Source: Haemophilus haemolyticus | GTDB lineage: Bacteria > Pseudomonadota > Gammaproteobacteria > Enterobacterales > Pasteurellaceae | Assembly: GCA_018372995.1 (NCBI GenBank) | Contig: JAHAHX010000001.1 | Span: forward strand, 37,518-101,517 | DNA: 64,000 bases | Direction: 5' to 3' | Shown: positions 36,099-47,587 of the stretch, piece after piece | How the letters are laid out: the number at the start of each line of letters is the position of its first letter | Position numbering within the stretch: position 1 is the stretch's first letter | Notes under the pieces: generated by a model | Seen by the model: only the letters and a program-made list of their open reading frames with translations | Told to the model about the DNA's origin: nothing | Databases searched by the model: none | Translations under genes and position numbers: made by a program

Positions 36099-39000
36099 TT
36101 ACGCTAAAATTTCTAATAATGCCTGCACAGGGTGTTTTAGCACCACATGTTCATAACGTTTTACCTGACTGCGACAAGAATAACCAGTTGCTAAACAAAA
36201 GTGTGGATCTTTTCCATGCAGTTTTTTATGCCACGATACATCGTAGATTTCTCGGCTCATTTTTTGATTTTGCACTTCATGCCCAAATACACCAGCCATA
36301 CCGCAACATCCGACTTTTTCCACATTAAGTTGTTGTCCAAATCTTCCAAAAATTTCTTGCCATTCTTTTAGACTGTTCGGCATAAAAGTAGATTCCGTAC
36401 AATGCGGGAATAAATACCAATCGGAAGTGCGGTCAGTTTTGGCGATGTTTTTCAGTCTATCTTGTAATGCCACATTTTGTAATCTTTGTTTTAACCATTC
36501 GTGTGCGGTGAGAACGTGAAAGTCACCACGTTTTTCTTGTAGCGCTTCCTTGTATTCGTCTCGATAAGACAGCACGATGGCTGGATCAACGCCTACAAGT
36601 GGAATGCCTAATTTTGCCATTCGATTTAAAAACTCGGCTTGGTTTTGTGCTGTTTTGCTAAAGCGTTTTAAGAAACCTTTAATGTGCATTGCTTTGCCGT
36701 TTGGTTTAAATGGCAACAGAATTGGTGTGAAGCCTAATTTCTGCGTAAGCATAACAAAATCGCGTACCACTTTTGCATCATAGTAAGAAGTATAAGGATC
36801 TTGCACAATAAATAAAATATCGTTTTTTTCTACCGCACTTAGACCTTCCAATTCTTCCAAAGATTTGCCTTGATAATGAATTTCTACTAGCTGTTGTTGC
36901 AAATTGGGTTCAGAAAGCAAGGGCAAATCGGTCATGCCTAGCGTTTTTTCCACTAATGTTTGCGTGACTTTTAGCTTGGTAAAATAATTAAAGAGTTTTG
37001 CCTGTTTTGCCATATAAGGCGCAGTGATTTCTAAATTTGCGACAATGTGATCTTTTGCTGGTCGTAAGTAGCGGCTGTGATAAAAATGAAAGAATTTCGC
37101 GCGGAAATTTGGTACATCAATTTTAATCGGGCATTGACTCGCGCAGGCTTTACAAGCAAGGCAAGTATCCATTGCAGCTTTCACTTCGTGAGAAAAATCA
37201 TAATCCCCTCGCCATTTTTGAACCGTATTGCTTACTTTTTTCACAAGTGCGGTTAGTTTTATTTCTGTTTTACGGAAGTCTAATTGTGCGGGGGAAACAT
37301 TTTCATTTGCCATCAATCGAAGCCATTCTCGAACCATGGCTGCGCGACCTTTCGGAGAAAATACACGGTTTTTACTGACTTTCATCGATGGGCACATAAT
37401 GCTGTGTTCATCAAAATTGAAACATAATCCGTTTCCATTGCAGTTCATTGCACCCTTAAATTCATCTCGTATTTGGATAGGAATTTGACGATCGTTATCA
37501 GCCCGCATCGGCGAAAGAATAGAATAAAGTTCATCTTTGGAATCTAAAGGCGTACAGATTTTTCCGGGATTTAAGCGATTGTTTGGGTCGAATAAGGTTT
37601 TGATATAACGAAGTTCGTACCAGAGTTCTGGCGTAAAGAATTTTTCGCCGTAATGGGAACGCACGCCTTTTCCATGTTCTCCCCAGAGTAATCCACCATA
37701 TTTAATCGTAAGTTCTGCGACTTCATCTGAAATTTGTTTGAATAATTTCACTTGTTCTTTATCACATAAATCAAGCGCAGGGCGAACGTGCAACACGCCT
37801 GCATCGACGTGCCCAAACATGCCATATTGTAAATTGTGTTTGTCTAATAAAGCACGAAATTCACTGATGTAATCCGCAAGATTTTCTGGGGGGACACAAG
37901 TATCTTCTACAAAAGGAATTGGTTTGGCTGCACCTTTTGCATTACCAAGTAAGCCCACGGCTTTTTTTCGCATTGCATAAATACGTTCAATAGAAAGTAA
38001 ATCCGAACAAACTTGATACCCAATAATGTGAGCTTGATTGTGTTCAATTTTTTCATCAAGTGAGCGACAAAGATCGGTAACTTGGCTGTCTATTTTTTCT
38101 TTATTGTTACCAGAGAATTCCACAATATTTAAACCAAGAATTGGATCTTCTTCATTTTCTGTAAGAAGTTCATTTACAGAGTGCCAAATAATATCTTGTT
38201 TGGCTAAGTTTAAGACTTTGGAATCAACGGTTTCCACAGAAAGCGCATTGGCTTTCACCATAAAAGGGGCATTGCGTAATGCTGCATCAAAAGAACGATA
38301 TTTAATATTGATAAGTATGCGATACTGAGGAATTGGCAGAAGATTGAGTTTAGCTTCACAAATAAATGCGAGAGAACCTTCAGAACCAGTGAGAATTCTA
38401 GTGAGATTAAATTCACTTTCATCTTCATTAAATACATTTTTCAGATCGTATCCTGTTAAAAAACGGTTAAGTTGTGGCAGATCTTTAATGATAGCCAGTC
38501 TTTTTTCTTTACAGTGTTGCGCAATGGTTTGATGGAGTCTTTTGCTACTCTCACTTAATTCAAGCGCATTGATGTTTTCTAAAACATCAACAGAATTGAC
38601 CGCACTTGTATCTAAAATTTCACCGTTCATTAATACTGCGCGTAATGCCAAAACGTGATTAGAGGTTTTACCGTATTGCAATGAACCTTGTCCAGAGGCA
38701 TCGGTGTTAATCATTCCACCTAAAGTCGCTCGATTGCTGGTGGATAACTCTGGGGCAAAGAACAAACCATGTGGTTTTAAAAATTGATTAAGTTGATCTT
38801 TTACTACGCCTGATTGTACTCGAACCCAACGTTCTTTTACATTGAGTTCTAAAATAGCAGTCATATGGCGAGAAAGATCTACTATTATATTGTTATTGAT
38901 AGATTGTCCATTTGTGCCAGTACCTCCACCGCGAGGTGTAAAGCTGAGCGATTGATATTCAGGTAAATTTGCCAATTTTGTTATACGCACTATATCAGCA

Positions 39001-39206
39001 ACAGTTTTCGGAAAAAGAATTGCTTGAGGAAGCTGTTGGTAAACGCTGTTATCCGTAGCAAGACTTAATCTATCTGCATAATTTGTAGCGATATCTCCTT
39101 CAAAATGTTGTTTTTTAAGTGCTTGGAGATAGTTAAGGACATCTTGTTCAATTTGTGGCGTGCGATTTAGACTTGGCAACATAGCATTTAACTCATTTAA
39201 AGGCAT
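36099..39206 (-). CDS. FAD-linked oxidase fused to an Fe-S (CCG/4Fe-4S) domain, YdiJ-like 2-hydroxyacid dehydrogenase
   Basis: 1035 aa with an N-terminal FAD-binding PCMH domain (glycolate oxidase/D-lactate dehydrogenase-like), a central 4Fe-4S ferredoxin motif (CLACKACASQCP) and C-terminal cysteine-rich CCG domains. Confidence 0.75.
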   Translation of the reverse strand: MPLNELNAMLPSLNRTPQIEQDVLNYLQALKKQHFEGDIATNYADRLSLATDNSVYQQLPQAILFPKTVADIVRITKLANLPEYQSLSFTPRGGGTGTNGQSINNNIIVDLSRHMTAILELNVKERWVRVQSGVVKDQLNQFLKPHGLFFAPELSTSNRATLGGMINTDASGQGSLQYGKTSNHVLALRAVLMNGEILDTSAVNSVDVLENINALELSESSKRLHQTIAQHCKEKRLAIIKDLPQLNRFLTGYDLKNVFNEDESEFNLTRILTGSEGSLAFICEAKLNLLPIPQYRILINIKYRSFDAALRNAPFMVKANALSVETVDSKVLNLAKQDIIWHSVNELLTENEEDPILGLNIVEFSGNNKEKIDSQVTDLCRSLDEKIEHNQAHIIGYQVCSDLLSIERIYAMRKKAVGLLGNAKGAAKPIPFVEDTCVPPENLADYISEFRALLDKHNLQYGMFGHVDAGVLHVRPALDLCDKEQVKLFKQISDEVAELTIKYGGLLWGEHGKGVRSHYGEKFFTPELWYELRYIKTLFDPNNRLNPGKICTPLDSKDELYSILSPMRADNDRQIPIQIRDEFKGAMNCNGNGLCFNFDEHSIMCPSMKVSKNRVFSPKGRAAMVREWLRLMANENVSPAQLDFRKTEIKLTALVKKVSNTVQKWRGDYDFSHEVKAAMDTCLACKACASQCPIKIDVPNFRAKFFHFYHSRYLRPAKDHIVANLEITAPYMAKQAKLFNYFTKLKVTQTLVEKTLGMTDLPLLSEPNLQQQLVEIHYQGKSLEELEGLSAVEKNDILFIVQDPYTSYYDAKVVRDFVMLTQKLGFTPILLPFKPNGKAMHIKGFLKRFSKTAQNQAEFLNRMAKLGIPLVGVDPAIVLSYRDEYKEALQEKRGDFHVLTAHEWLKQRLQNVALQDRLKNIAKTDRTSDWYLFPHCTESTFMPNSLKEWQEIFGRFGQQLNVEKVGCCGMAGVFGHEVQNQKMSREIYDVSWHKKLHGKDPHFCLATGYSCRSQVKRYEHVVLKHPVQALLEILA

Positions 39207-39562
39207 AAATAGCTGGATGTTCTCGATAATATCTTAAGGTGCGCACAATGTCGAATTAGATTTTGAGCGTTTTTAAGATGCGTTTTATGGAGTAAATTAG
39301 TCAAGAAAAGCGTGTTTTTGGATAAAAAATAAACAAAAAGTTCAAAAGGATTTGATCTTTTCAATTTTTATAGGATAATAGGCGCACTTTTGAACGTTCC
39401 TTTGGCGTAAACAAAGGAATTGAATTTGTCAAAAGGTAAAAAGTAGGGCAAATTCAAAACCCTAGTTAAGCGACTGTTTAGAATGTAACTTTAATTAAAA
39501 GTTCAGTATAAACAAGGACACTTTTTTTATTACTATTCGATGACTAAATAGAGGACATCAAA

Positions 39563-40648
39563 ATGAAAAAAACTGCAATCGCATTAGTAGTTGCTGGTTT
39601 AGCAGCAGCTTCAGTAGCTCAAGCAGCTCCACAAGAAAACACTTTCTATGCAGGTGTTAAAGCTGGTCAAGCATCTTTCCACGATGGTATTAGCAAAAAC
39701 CGTGTTATCGCTGACAAATTATTAGGTGTTAATGATTATGGTTATAACCGTAATTCTTTCACTTATGGTGTATTTGGTGGTTACCAAATCTTAAATCGTG
39801 ATAACTTAGGTTTAGCGGTTGAATTAGGTTACGATGATTTCGGTCGTGTTAAATTCAAAGAGGCTGGTAAAGTAGCAGCAAAACACACTAACCACGGTAC
39901 TCACTTAAGCTTAAAAGGTAGCTATGAAGTGTTAAATGGTTTAGATGTTTACGGTAAAGCAGGCGTTGCTTTAGTACGTTCTGACTATAAATTCTATAAT
40001 ACAGAAAATGGCGCTCGTGATCACAAAGCAGGTCGTCACAGCTTACGTACCTCTGGTTTATTCGCAGTCGGTGCAGAATATGCAGTATTACCAGAATTAG
40101 CAGTTCGTTTAGAATATCAATGGTTAACTCGTGTAGGTAAATACCGTACTCAAACAACTAACAACAGCTCTGTAGATTATAACCCATGGATTGGTTCTAT
40201 CAACGCTGGCGTTTCTTACCGTTTCGGTCAAGGCGCAGTGGCTGCACCAGCTATGGCTCCTGAAGTTGTAAGCAAAACTTTCAACTTAAACTCTGATGTA
40301 ACTTTCGCTTTTGGTAAAGCAAACTTAAAACCACAAGCTCAAGCAACTTTAGATGGTATCTACGGTGAAATCGCACAAGTTCATAGCGCTAAAGTAGCTG
40401 TTGCTGGTTATACTGACCGTATCGGTTCTGATGCTGGTAACTTAAAACTTTCTCAACGCCGCGCAGACACAGTAGCTAACTACTTAGTACAAAAAGGTGT
40501 AGCAACTAACGCAATCTCTGCAACTGGTTACGGTAAAGCAAACCCAGTGACTGGCGCAACTTGTGACCAAGTTAAAGGTCGTAAAGCGCTTATCGCTTGT
40601 TTAGCACCAGACCGTCGTGTTGAAATCGCAGTTAACGGTACTAAATAA
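39563..40648 (+). CDS. ompA: Outer membrane protein A / P5
   Basis: 361 aa with a signal peptide, an 8-strand beta-barrel N-domain, an Ala-Pro linker (AAPAMAPE) and a C-terminal OmpA peptidoglycan-binding domain. Confidence 0.9.
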   Translation: MKKTAIALVVAGLAAASVAQAAPQENTFYAGVKAGQASFHDGISKNRVIADKLLGVNDYGYNRNSFTYGVFGGYQILNRDNLGLAVELGYDDFGRVKFKEAGKVAAKHTNHGTHLSLKGSYEVLNGLDVYGKAGVALVRSDYKFYNTENGARDHKAGRHSLRTSGLFAVGAEYAVLPELAVRLEYQWLTRVGKYRTQTTNNSSVDYNPWIGSINAGVSYRFGQGAVAAPAMAPEVVSKTFNLNSDVTFAFGKANLKPQAQATLDGIYGEIAQVHSAKVAVAGYTDRIGSDAGNLKLSQRRADTVANYLVQKGVATNAISATGYGKANPVTGATCDQVKGRKALIACLAPDRRVEIAVNGTK

Positions 40649-40682
40649 TTTTAGTATTCGTTTAACGAAAGATTAAATACAG

Positions 40683-40720
40683 AAAAAAAGGCTTAAACTT
40701 CGGTTTAGGCCTTTTGTTTT
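40683..40720 (+). terminator. Terminator of ompA
   Basis: aggcttaaac-ttcg-gtttaggcct hairpin followed by TTTTGTTTT. Confidence 0.7.
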
Positions 40721-40800
40721 ATTAAGATAATAATCCTAGAATTTCACTCAAGTTTTAACTTGTGGTAGAATTCAATCCTCTTTTATTCGTGGGGAACATT

Positions 40801-41124
40801 ATGGAAACCTTAGACAAAATTAAAAAACAAATTAGTGAAAATCCAATTCTTATCTATATGAAAGGGTCACCTAAATTACCATCTTGTGGTTTTTCGGCGC
40901 GAGCAGTAGAAGCACTGATGAATTGTAAAGTACCTTTTGGTTATGTTGATATCTTACAACATGCTGATATTCGTGCTGAATTGCCTGTTTATGCGAATTG
41001 GCCTACTTTCCCACAACTATGGGTCGAGGGAGAGTTAATTGGTGGGTGTGATATTATTTTGGAAATGTATCAATCTGGGGAGTTGCAAACTTTATTAAAT
41101 GAAGTTTCTGCAAAACATGCATAA
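40801..41124 (+). CDS. grxD: Monothiol glutaredoxin Grx4
   Basis: Start METLDKIKKQI (the listed ORF begins 13 codons upstream). It carries the CGFS active site. Confidence 0.85.
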   Translation: METLDKIKKQISENPILIYMKGSPKLPSCGFSARAVEALMNCKVPFGYVDILQHADIRAELPVYANWPTFPQLWVEGELIGGCDIILEMYQSGELQTLLNEVSAKHA

Positions 41125-41136
41125 TTGATTAATCAA

Positions 41137-41178
41137 TAAAAAATCCCGCATTCTTTTAAAAGTGCGGGATTTTTTTAG
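41137..41178. terminator. Bidirectional terminator shared by convergent grxD and pta
   Basis: A 10-bp stem aaatcccgca/tgcgggattt flanked by an A-run and a T-run. Confidence 0.7.
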
Positions 41179-41188
41179 CTTGTCTAGA

Positions 41189-42590
41189 CTATTGTGTTGC
41201 TTGAATTACAGTTAATGCAATAGTGTAAACAATGTCATCGACTAATGCGCCACGAGATAAGTCATTAACTGGTTTTCGCATACCTTGAAGCATTGGACCC
41301 ACCGCAACTAAATCAGCAGAGCGTTGAACTGCTTTATAGCCGATATTACCCGCGTTGATATCAGGGAATACAAATACATTTGCTTGACCCGCTACTTTAG
41401 AATTTGGTGCTTTAGAAGCTGCCACATCTTTCATCACAGCTGCATCGTATTGCAATGGACCATCAATTAATAAATCAGGGCGTTTTTCTTGTGCAATACG
41501 GGTTGCCTCTTTTACTTTCTCGACTGATTGACCCGCACCAGAAGTACCAGTTGAATAAGAAAGCATTGCCACTTTTGGTTCTAAATTGTTCCGCTGTAGG
41601 TTCTGGATTTACCGCGCAGTCGCCATAGACTAATACTTGGTCTGGTAATAACATAAAGAATACAGATGAGATAATTGAACTGCCAGGCGCTGTTTTGATG
41701 ATTTGCATCGGTGGGCGAATAGTGTTTGCCGTTGTATGAACGGCACCAGAAACTAAACCATCAACTTCGCCAGCTTCTAACATCATGGTGCCTAATACAA
41801 CGGTGTCTTCTAATTGTGCGCGAGCTTGTTCTTCAGTTAAGCCTTTAGATTTACGTAATTCAACTAAACGAGCAACGTAGTTTTCGCGTACGTCAGCTGG
41901 ATTGATGATTGTTACGTCAGCACTTAAAGTCACGCCTTGTTCTGCGGCGACTTTTTTCACTGATTCAGGATCCGCTAATAATACTGATTTTGCGATACCT
42001 CGTTCAGCACAGATTGCAGCTGCTTTAACAGTTCGAGGTTCGTCACCTTCTGGTAATACGATAGTTTTGCCTGCTTTGCGTGCTAAATCAGTTAATTTGA
42101 AACGGAATGCAGCTGGAGAAATACGTGCTTCACGAGTAAGTGGTGCAGAGATTGCCGCAACTAATGCTTGTGCATCGAAGGTTTTAATTTTTCCTGCTTG
42201 TGCACCAAATACACCTAATATATCAGCGTTGTTCACACCACCAAATTCTGAAGCAATGGCTTCTACTAATGTGCCTTCTTCATTGTTTGCTACTAAGATG
42301 ATTTGTGCATCTAAGGTTTGTGCAATCGAGAAGTTTAAGCTGTTTGCAAAAGGCGCTTGAGCTGAAGGTTGAACACCTTTAACAACCACTAGATTTGCAT
42401 TTAATGCTTGGAAATCAGCAACGATTTTTTCTAACAACACGTCTTTTTGATTATTTGCGATGAATGCTTGAGCGGCTTTTACATCTTCTATTGCATTGAA
42501 TATAACCGCATTTGTTGTTTTAGCAATTTCTAATGCTGATGCTAAATTGGCTTCTGTGCTAGTTGGAATAAGAATAACTGCTTTAGTCAT
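41189..42590 (-). pseudogene. pta: Phosphate acetyltransferase with an internal frameshift/short deletion (two ORFs: 41475..42590 N-part, 41189..41572 C-part)
   Basis: The N-part reads ...[21 protein letters not shown] and then runs into an out-of-frame tail. The C-part begins in the +1 frame at ...[18 protein letters not shown]. The two conserved blocks are only about 13 nt apart here (near 41571-41591), versus about 60 nt (20 aa, ...LAEIAIQSADSAAAFGI...) in E. coli Pta. Confidence 0.7.
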
Positions 42591-42611
42591 TTTGATATAC
42601 CTTTTAATAAA

Positions 42612-42643
42612 TGAAAAAAACCTGCTGATTTTTCAGCAGGTTT
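42612..42643 (-). terminator. Intercistronic terminator-like hairpin between ackA and pta
   Basis: acctgctga-tttt-tcagcaggt with a T-run on the minus strand. Confidence 0.55.
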
Positions 42644-42655
42644 GATGGAAGTTGA

Positions 42656-43861
42656 TTAGCCCGCTAAACGTGCGGTATCTTGAGCGATGACTAACTCTTC
42701 ATTAGTTGGAAGTACAATCGCTTTAAATGCAGAATCATCAGTAGTGATTACGCCATCTTTACCGAAGCGTGCTGCAAGATTGCGTTCGTTATCCACTTTA
42801 ATACCAAATAATTTTAAGTGATTTAATGCTAATTCACGAACATGAGCGGAGTTTTCACCGATACCACCAGTAAATGCAATGGCATCTAAGTGATCATCAC
42901 CTAATACCGCCATATAAGCACCGATGTATTTTGCTAAACGGTAACTATAGACGTCTAATGCACGTTTTGCTTCAGGCTTAGACAGATCGTCGTAGTTATC
43001 TTCTGCATAACGACAGTCACTGGTTACCTCAGTTAAACCTAAAAGACCGGATTTTTTCACTAAAGTCTCTTCAATTTGTTCCATTGACATACCTAAGTTT
43101 TTGTATAGGTAGAATACGATTGCAGGGTCGATATCACCACAACGCGTACCCATGACTAAACCTTCTAACGGAGTTAAGCCCATTGATGTATCGATACATT
43201 TACCGTTACGAACAACAGAAACAGAACCCCCATTACCTAAGTGACAAATAATCGTATTGACTTGGTCTGCAGGCTTACCGACATATTCAGCGACTTCACG
43301 AGAAACGAAGTAGTGGCTTGTACCGTGAGCACCATAGCGACGAACAGCGTGCTCTTTATAAAGTGAATATGGAAGCGCATATAAGAATGCTTCTTCAGGC
43401 ATAGTTTGGTGGAAAGCAGTATCAAATACGGCAACGTTCTTATCTTTTAAATGTGGGAAGGTTTTAAAGGCTTCACGAATACCGATTAGGTGAGCAGGGT
43501 TGTGAAGTGGGGCAAATTGTGCTGCATCTTCAATACCTTTAACCACTTCATCTGTGATTACAACGGATTGAGTGTATTTTTCACCACCGTGAACGATACG
43601 GTGACCAATCGATGTGATTGAGTTTTTAAGCTCATCAGTCATAATGTTTGATGCAATGAAGTCAAGTGCTTCAGTATGTGCTGCACCTGCACCTAAATCT
43701 GCGCTCCCTTTCTCACCGTTAAGTTTCCATTTAATGCGAGCTTCTGGAAGGAAAAATGCTTCAGCTAAACCAGATAATTTTTCTTCACCTGTTGCTGGAT
43801 CAAGGATTGCAAATTTTAATGAAGAACTACCACAGTTAAGGATTAGAACAAGTTTTGACAT
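42656..43861 (-). CDS. ackA: Acetate kinase
   Basis: 401 aa of the ASKHA fold ([15 protein letters not shown]; ...HLGNGGSVS...). It lies upstream of pta, as in the ackA-pta operon. Confidence 0.9.
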   Translation of the reverse strand: MSKLVLILNCGSSSLKFAILDPATGEEKLSGLAEAFFLPEARIKWKLNGEKGSADLGAGAAHTEALDFIASNIMTDELKNSITSIGHRIVHGGEKYTQSVVITDEVVKGIEDAAQFAPLHNPAHLIGIREAFKTFPHLKDKNVAVFDTAFHQTMPEEAFLYALPYSLYKEHAVRRYGAHGTSHYFVSREVAEYVGKPADQVNTIICHLGNGGSVSVVRNGKCIDTSMGLTPLEGLVMGTRCGDIDPAIVFYLYKNLGMSMEQIEETLVKKSGLLGLTEVTSDCRYAEDNYDDLSKPEAKRALDVYSYRLAKYIGAYMAVLGDDHLDAIAFTGGIGENSAHVRELALNHLKLFGIKVDNERNLAARFGKDGVITTDDSAFKAIVLPTNEELVIAQDTARLAG

Positions 43862-44048
43862 AGGAACCCTATATTTGATTAAAGTTAATGAAAATCCACT
43901 CAGTTGAATGGACTGAAAAAATTGAACATAGGATACACTTTTTGGTAAATAAAATAAATTCGTCTATGCATAAAAATTCATCAGGTTATTAAATTTTTTG
44001 AAAATTTAAACTTTTTGGGTAAGGTGACAAAAGAATATAAAGTGGGGT

Positions 44049-44525
44049 ATGATAAGTGCGGTTATTTTAACGAGCATTTTTATGGCATTTTTTTCCATTT
44101 TAAAACAGGGACAAATTTATCTTAATACTTGGCCGCTAGAGGCTAAGTTAGGCATGATTTTCCCTGAAAACCGTATTATGAAAGCCACGAGTTTTGCACA
44201 AAAACTCATGCCCTTTGTTGCTGTATTTGCAGTGGTGTGGCAACAGGTTTATGCAAAAAATGATTTGATGGCGTTTTCTATTGCAATTTTGACCGCACTT
44301 TTTGCCTTGCTTATTCCTTTTCAAGGTCTTTATTGGCTTGGTAAGCGTGCGAGTTCGCCATTAGAAAATCAAAGTGCGGTATGGTTTTATGATATTTGTG
44401 AACGCTTAAAACAACTACATGAGCCCTTGCCTTTTGTGCAAGATCAACCGACATACCAACATTTAGCAGAAGTTTTAAAGAAAGCTCAAAGCAAATTTGA
44501 ACGTGCTTTTTGGCAGGAAATTTAG
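44049..44525 (+). CDS. yfbV: UPF0208 inner-membrane protein YfbV
   Basis: 158 aa that aligns to E. coli YfbV ([13 protein letters not shown].., GLYWLGKR..). It is divergent from ackA, as in E. coli. Confidence 0.75.
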   Translation: MISAVILTSIFMAFFSILKQGQIYLNTWPLEAKLGMIFPENRIMKATSFAQKLMPFVAVFAVVWQQVYAKNDLMAFSIAILTALFALLIPFQGLYWLGKRASSPLENQSAVWFYDICERLKQLHEPLPFVQDQPTYQHLAEVLKKAQSKFERAFWQEI

Positions 44526-44528
44526 TTT

Positions 44529-44544
44529 ACGCAAACGTTTTCTT
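44529..44544 (+). promoter_or_regulatory. PurR operator (PUR box) of the cvpA-purF operon
   Basis: ACGCAAACGTTTTCTT matches the E. coli purF/cvpA PurR operator and overlaps the promoter region. Confidence 0.7.
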
Positions 44545-44611
44545 TTTGGCTTTATTTTTGTAGAATACCTCGGTCGTTTTAAACGGCCGTTTTTCATTGA
44601 GAGATTTTTTA

Positions 44612-45103
44612 ATGATCGATTACATTATTATTGGCATTATCGCTTTTTCTATTCTTGTCAGTTTATTACGCGGTTTTGTTCGCGAAGTGCTTTCACTCGG
44701 TAGCTGGGTTGTAGCATTTATTGTAGCAAGCCAGTTCTATCCTTATCTTGCCGCTTATCTTACGCAAATTGAATCAATGTATATTCGTAATGGAACCGCA
44801 ATCGGGATTTTATTTGTACTGACTTTAATCGTGGGTGCCATAGTAAATTATGTGATTAGCCAATTAGTAGATAAAACTGGTTTAAGCGGCACTGATCGTG
44901 TTTTAGGTGCGATTTTTGGTTTAGTACGCGGTGCACTGATTGTCGCTGCATTATTATTTTTCATGGATACTTTCACCAATTTTGAACAAACTGATTGGTG
45001 GAAAGAATCTCAATTAATACCGCACTTTGGTTTTATTATTGAATGGTTCTTTCAACAACTTCAGGCTAGTTCAAGTTTTTTAAATCCAACGCTTAATCAA
45101 TAA
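44612..45103 (+). CDS. cvpA: Colicin V production protein CvpA (membrane)
   Basis: Start [22 protein letters not shown], aligning to E. coli CvpA from residue 1. It precedes purF. Confidence 0.85.
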   Translation: MIDYIIIGIIAFSILVSLLRGFVREVLSLGSWVVAFIVASQFYPYLAAYLTQIESMYIRNGTAIGILFVLTLIVGAIVNYVISQLVDKTGLSGTDRVLGAIFGLVRGALIVAALLFFMDTFTNFEQTDWWKESQLIPHFGFIIEWFFQQLQASSSFLNPTLNQ

Positions 45104-45113
45104 GGGACACAAA

Positions 45114-46631
45114 ATGTGTGGTATTGTCGGTATTGTTAGTCAAAGTCCGGTTAATGAATCTATTTATGCGGCATTGACGCTTTTGCAACATCGTGGGCAA
45201 GATGCTGCGGGCATTGTGACGGTTGACGATGAAAATCGTTTCCGCTTACGCAAAGCTAATGGTTTAGTGAGTGATGTGTTCCATCAAGAGCATATGCTAC
45301 GGTTGCAAGGAAATGCTGGATTGGGGCATGTTCGCTATCCTACAGCGGGGAGTTCTAGCGTCTCAGAAGCGCAGCCTTTTTATGTGAACTCTCCCTATGG
45401 TGTCACTTTGGTGCATAACGGCAATTTAACCAACTCAGTCGAGTTAAAAGAAAAAGTCTTTAAAACTGCCCGCCGCCATGTAAACACCAATTCAGATTCC
45501 GAACTTCTTCTAAATATTCTTGCAAATCACCTTGATCACATTCCTCAAGAGAAACTTGATCCAAAAGATATTTTTAATGCTGTTCGTCAAACTCACAACG
45601 ATGTTCGTGGTGCTTATGCTTGTTTAGCGATGATTATTGGACATGGCATGATTGCGTTTCGTGATCCTTTTGGTATTCGTCCTTTGGTGTTGGGTAAACG
45701 CGAAGAAAATGGCAAAACTGAGTATATGTTTGCCTCTGAAACAGTAGCCTTAGATATTGTGGGTTTTGACTTTGTTCGTGATATTGCCCCTGGTGAAGCC
45801 GTTTATGTCACTTTTGATGGCGAGCTTTATTCGCAGCAATGTGCCGAAAGTGCGGTGTTAAATCCTTGTATTTTTGAGTATGTTTATTTTGCACGCCCAG
45901 ATTCAACAATTGATGGTGTCTCTGTTTATGCTGCACGTGTTCACATGGGGGAAAAACTCGGACAAAAAATTGCAAAACAATGGGCGGATGAAAGTGATAA
46001 TATTGACGTGGTGATTCCCGTTCCTGAAACCTCCACAGATATTGCGTTACAAATAGCTCGTGTACTAGGGAAACCTTATCGCCAAGGATTTGTGAAAAAT
46101 CGCTATGTTGGTCGTACGTTTATTATGCCAGGACAAGCACAGCGTATTAGTTCTGTTCGTCGCAAATTGAATACCATTAAAGCTGAATTTAAAGATAAAA
46201 ACGTCTTATTGGTGGACGATTCTATTGTTCGCGGCACAACCTCTGAGCAAATTGTTGAAATGGCTCGCTCAGCTGGCGCGAAGAAAATTTACTTTGCCTC
46301 GGCTGCTCCAGAAATTCGTTATCCGAATGTATATGGTATTGATATGCCGAGTCGCGATGAACTGATCGCTTACGGTCGAGATGTTGATGAAATTGCACAT
46401 TTGATTGGTGTAGATAAACTAATTTTCCAAGATTTGACCGCACTTACCGAATCTGTTCAATTAGAAAATCCGGCTATTCGAGGATTTGATTGTTCAGTGT
46501 TCACAGGCGAATATATTACAGGTGACATCACGCCAGAATATTTAGACAAAATTGCAAGTCAACGGAACGACAGTGCAAAGAAAAAACGTGAAAAACAAGC
46601 ATCTAATCTTGAAATTTATAATGAACAATAA
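45114..46631 (+). CDS. purF: Amidophosphoribosyltransferase
   Basis: 505 aa with the N-terminal nucleophile MCGIVGI and a PRPP-binding loop. Confidence 0.9.
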   Translation: MCGIVGIVSQSPVNESIYAALTLLQHRGQDAAGIVTVDDENRFRLRKANGLVSDVFHQEHMLRLQGNAGLGHVRYPTAGSSSVSEAQPFYVNSPYGVTLVHNGNLTNSVELKEKVFKTARRHVNTNSDSELLLNILANHLDHIPQEKLDPKDIFNAVRQTHNDVRGAYACLAMIIGHGMIAFRDPFGIRPLVLGKREENGKTEYMFASETVALDIVGFDFVRDIAPGEAVYVTFDGELYSQQCAESAVLNPCIFEYVYFARPDSTIDGVSVYAARVHMGEKLGQKIAKQWADESDNIDVVIPVPETSTDIALQIARVLGKPYRQGFVKNRYVGRTFIMPGQAQRISSVRRKLNTIKAEFKDKNVLLVDDSIVRGTTSEQIVEMARSAGAKKIYFASAAPEIRYPNVYGIDMPSRDELIAYGRDVDEIAHLIGVDKLIFQDLTALTESVQLENPAIRGFDCSVFTGEYITGDITPEYLDKIASQRNDSAKKKREKQASNLEIYNEQ

Positions 46632-46661
46632 ATTGCGATAAGGCGAGATATTTAGTCCGAT

Positions 46662-46700
46662 AAAAATCACTACATTAAAAAAGTGCGGTGATTTTTTTAT
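46662..46700. terminator. Hairpin plus T-run between convergent purF and yfcH (contains a USS)
   Basis: aaaaatcac ... gtgattttttt, with AAGTGCGGT in the loop/stem. Confidence 0.45.
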
Positions 46701-47587
46701 TTGTTTTTTAGGATATCTTTTAGATAGTTTTCGCAATCAGAATATTGAAATTGGAATCCTGCGTTGAGTAATTTTTCAGGCACAACATTTTGGCTTTCTA
46801 GTAATAGATTCGCTCGTTCGCCAAGAATGAAATGTAATATCCATTTGGGAATGGTTGCAAAGGCAGGACGTTTTAATATTCGAGCCAAAGTGCGGTTAAA
46901 TTTATGTTGTTCTATGGGATTCGGGGCGGTGAAGTTAAATGAGCCTTGGTACTCTGAATGATCGAGTAAAAATAAAATGCCATTTACCATATCTTCCAAA
47001 GCAATCCAGGGAAAATATTGCTCTCCATTGCCCAGTTTGCCGCCAAGTCCCCATTTGTATAGAGGCAACATTTGAGCTAGTGCGCCTCCTTTCTTAGAAA
47101 AGACCATGCCTGTTCGAATCAAACAAACCCTCGCATTAGCTTGTCGCGCAATATCTTCCCAATCTTGGCATAATTGTGCGGTGAAGGTTTTTGCTGTTTT
47201 GCTTGCTTCGGTAATTATTTGTTCGTCTTGATCGCCGTAAATTCCACTCGCTGAACCTGAAATAAAAATAGGGTGTTGCTGATATTGATTAATGAATTCA
47301 ACCAGTTGAGTAGTGAGGCTTAAACGACTTTCTCGTAAAATCGATTTTTGGTTTGTCGTCCAAGCTTTGTGAAAAATAGGCTCGCCAGCAAGATTGATGA
47401 TCGCGTCAAACTGCTCCTGCAAATTGAGTTGGGAAAGTGCAGTAATAAATTTGATGTTTTTTTGTTTTGAGATAGTGGGCGGCGTACTTGAGCGGGTTAA
47501 GACCGTCACTTGTTCATTGCGTAAGCAGAGTTGTTCGACAAGTGCTTTACCGATAAGCCCCGTGCCTCCAGTTAATAAAATGTTCAT
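46697..47587 (-). CDS. yfcH: Epimerase-family protein YfcH (NAD-binding, TIGR01777-like)
   Basis: 296 aa with a [16 protein letters not shown]ossmann motif. It is colinear with E. coli YfcH. Confidence 0.8.
   Translation of the reverse strand: MNILLTGGTGLIGKALVEQLCLRNEQVTVLTRSSTPPTISKQKNIKFITALSQLNLQEQFDAIINLAGEPIFHKAWTTNQKSILRESRLSLTTQLVEFINQYQQHPIFISGSASGIYGDQDEQIITEASKTAKTFTAQLCQDWEDIARQANARVCLIRTGMVFSKKGGALAQMLPLYKWGLGGKLGNGEQYFPWIALEDMVNGILFLLDHSEYQGSFNFTAPNPIEQHKFNRTLARILKRPAFATIPKWILHFILGERANLLLESQNVVPEKLLNAGFQFQYSDCENYLKDILKNK

Noticed and set aside
41902..42360. 152-aa + strand ORF rich in Ala/Ser/Thr inside pta
   Set aside because: It is antisense to pta, with GC-rich codon complement bias and no independent support.
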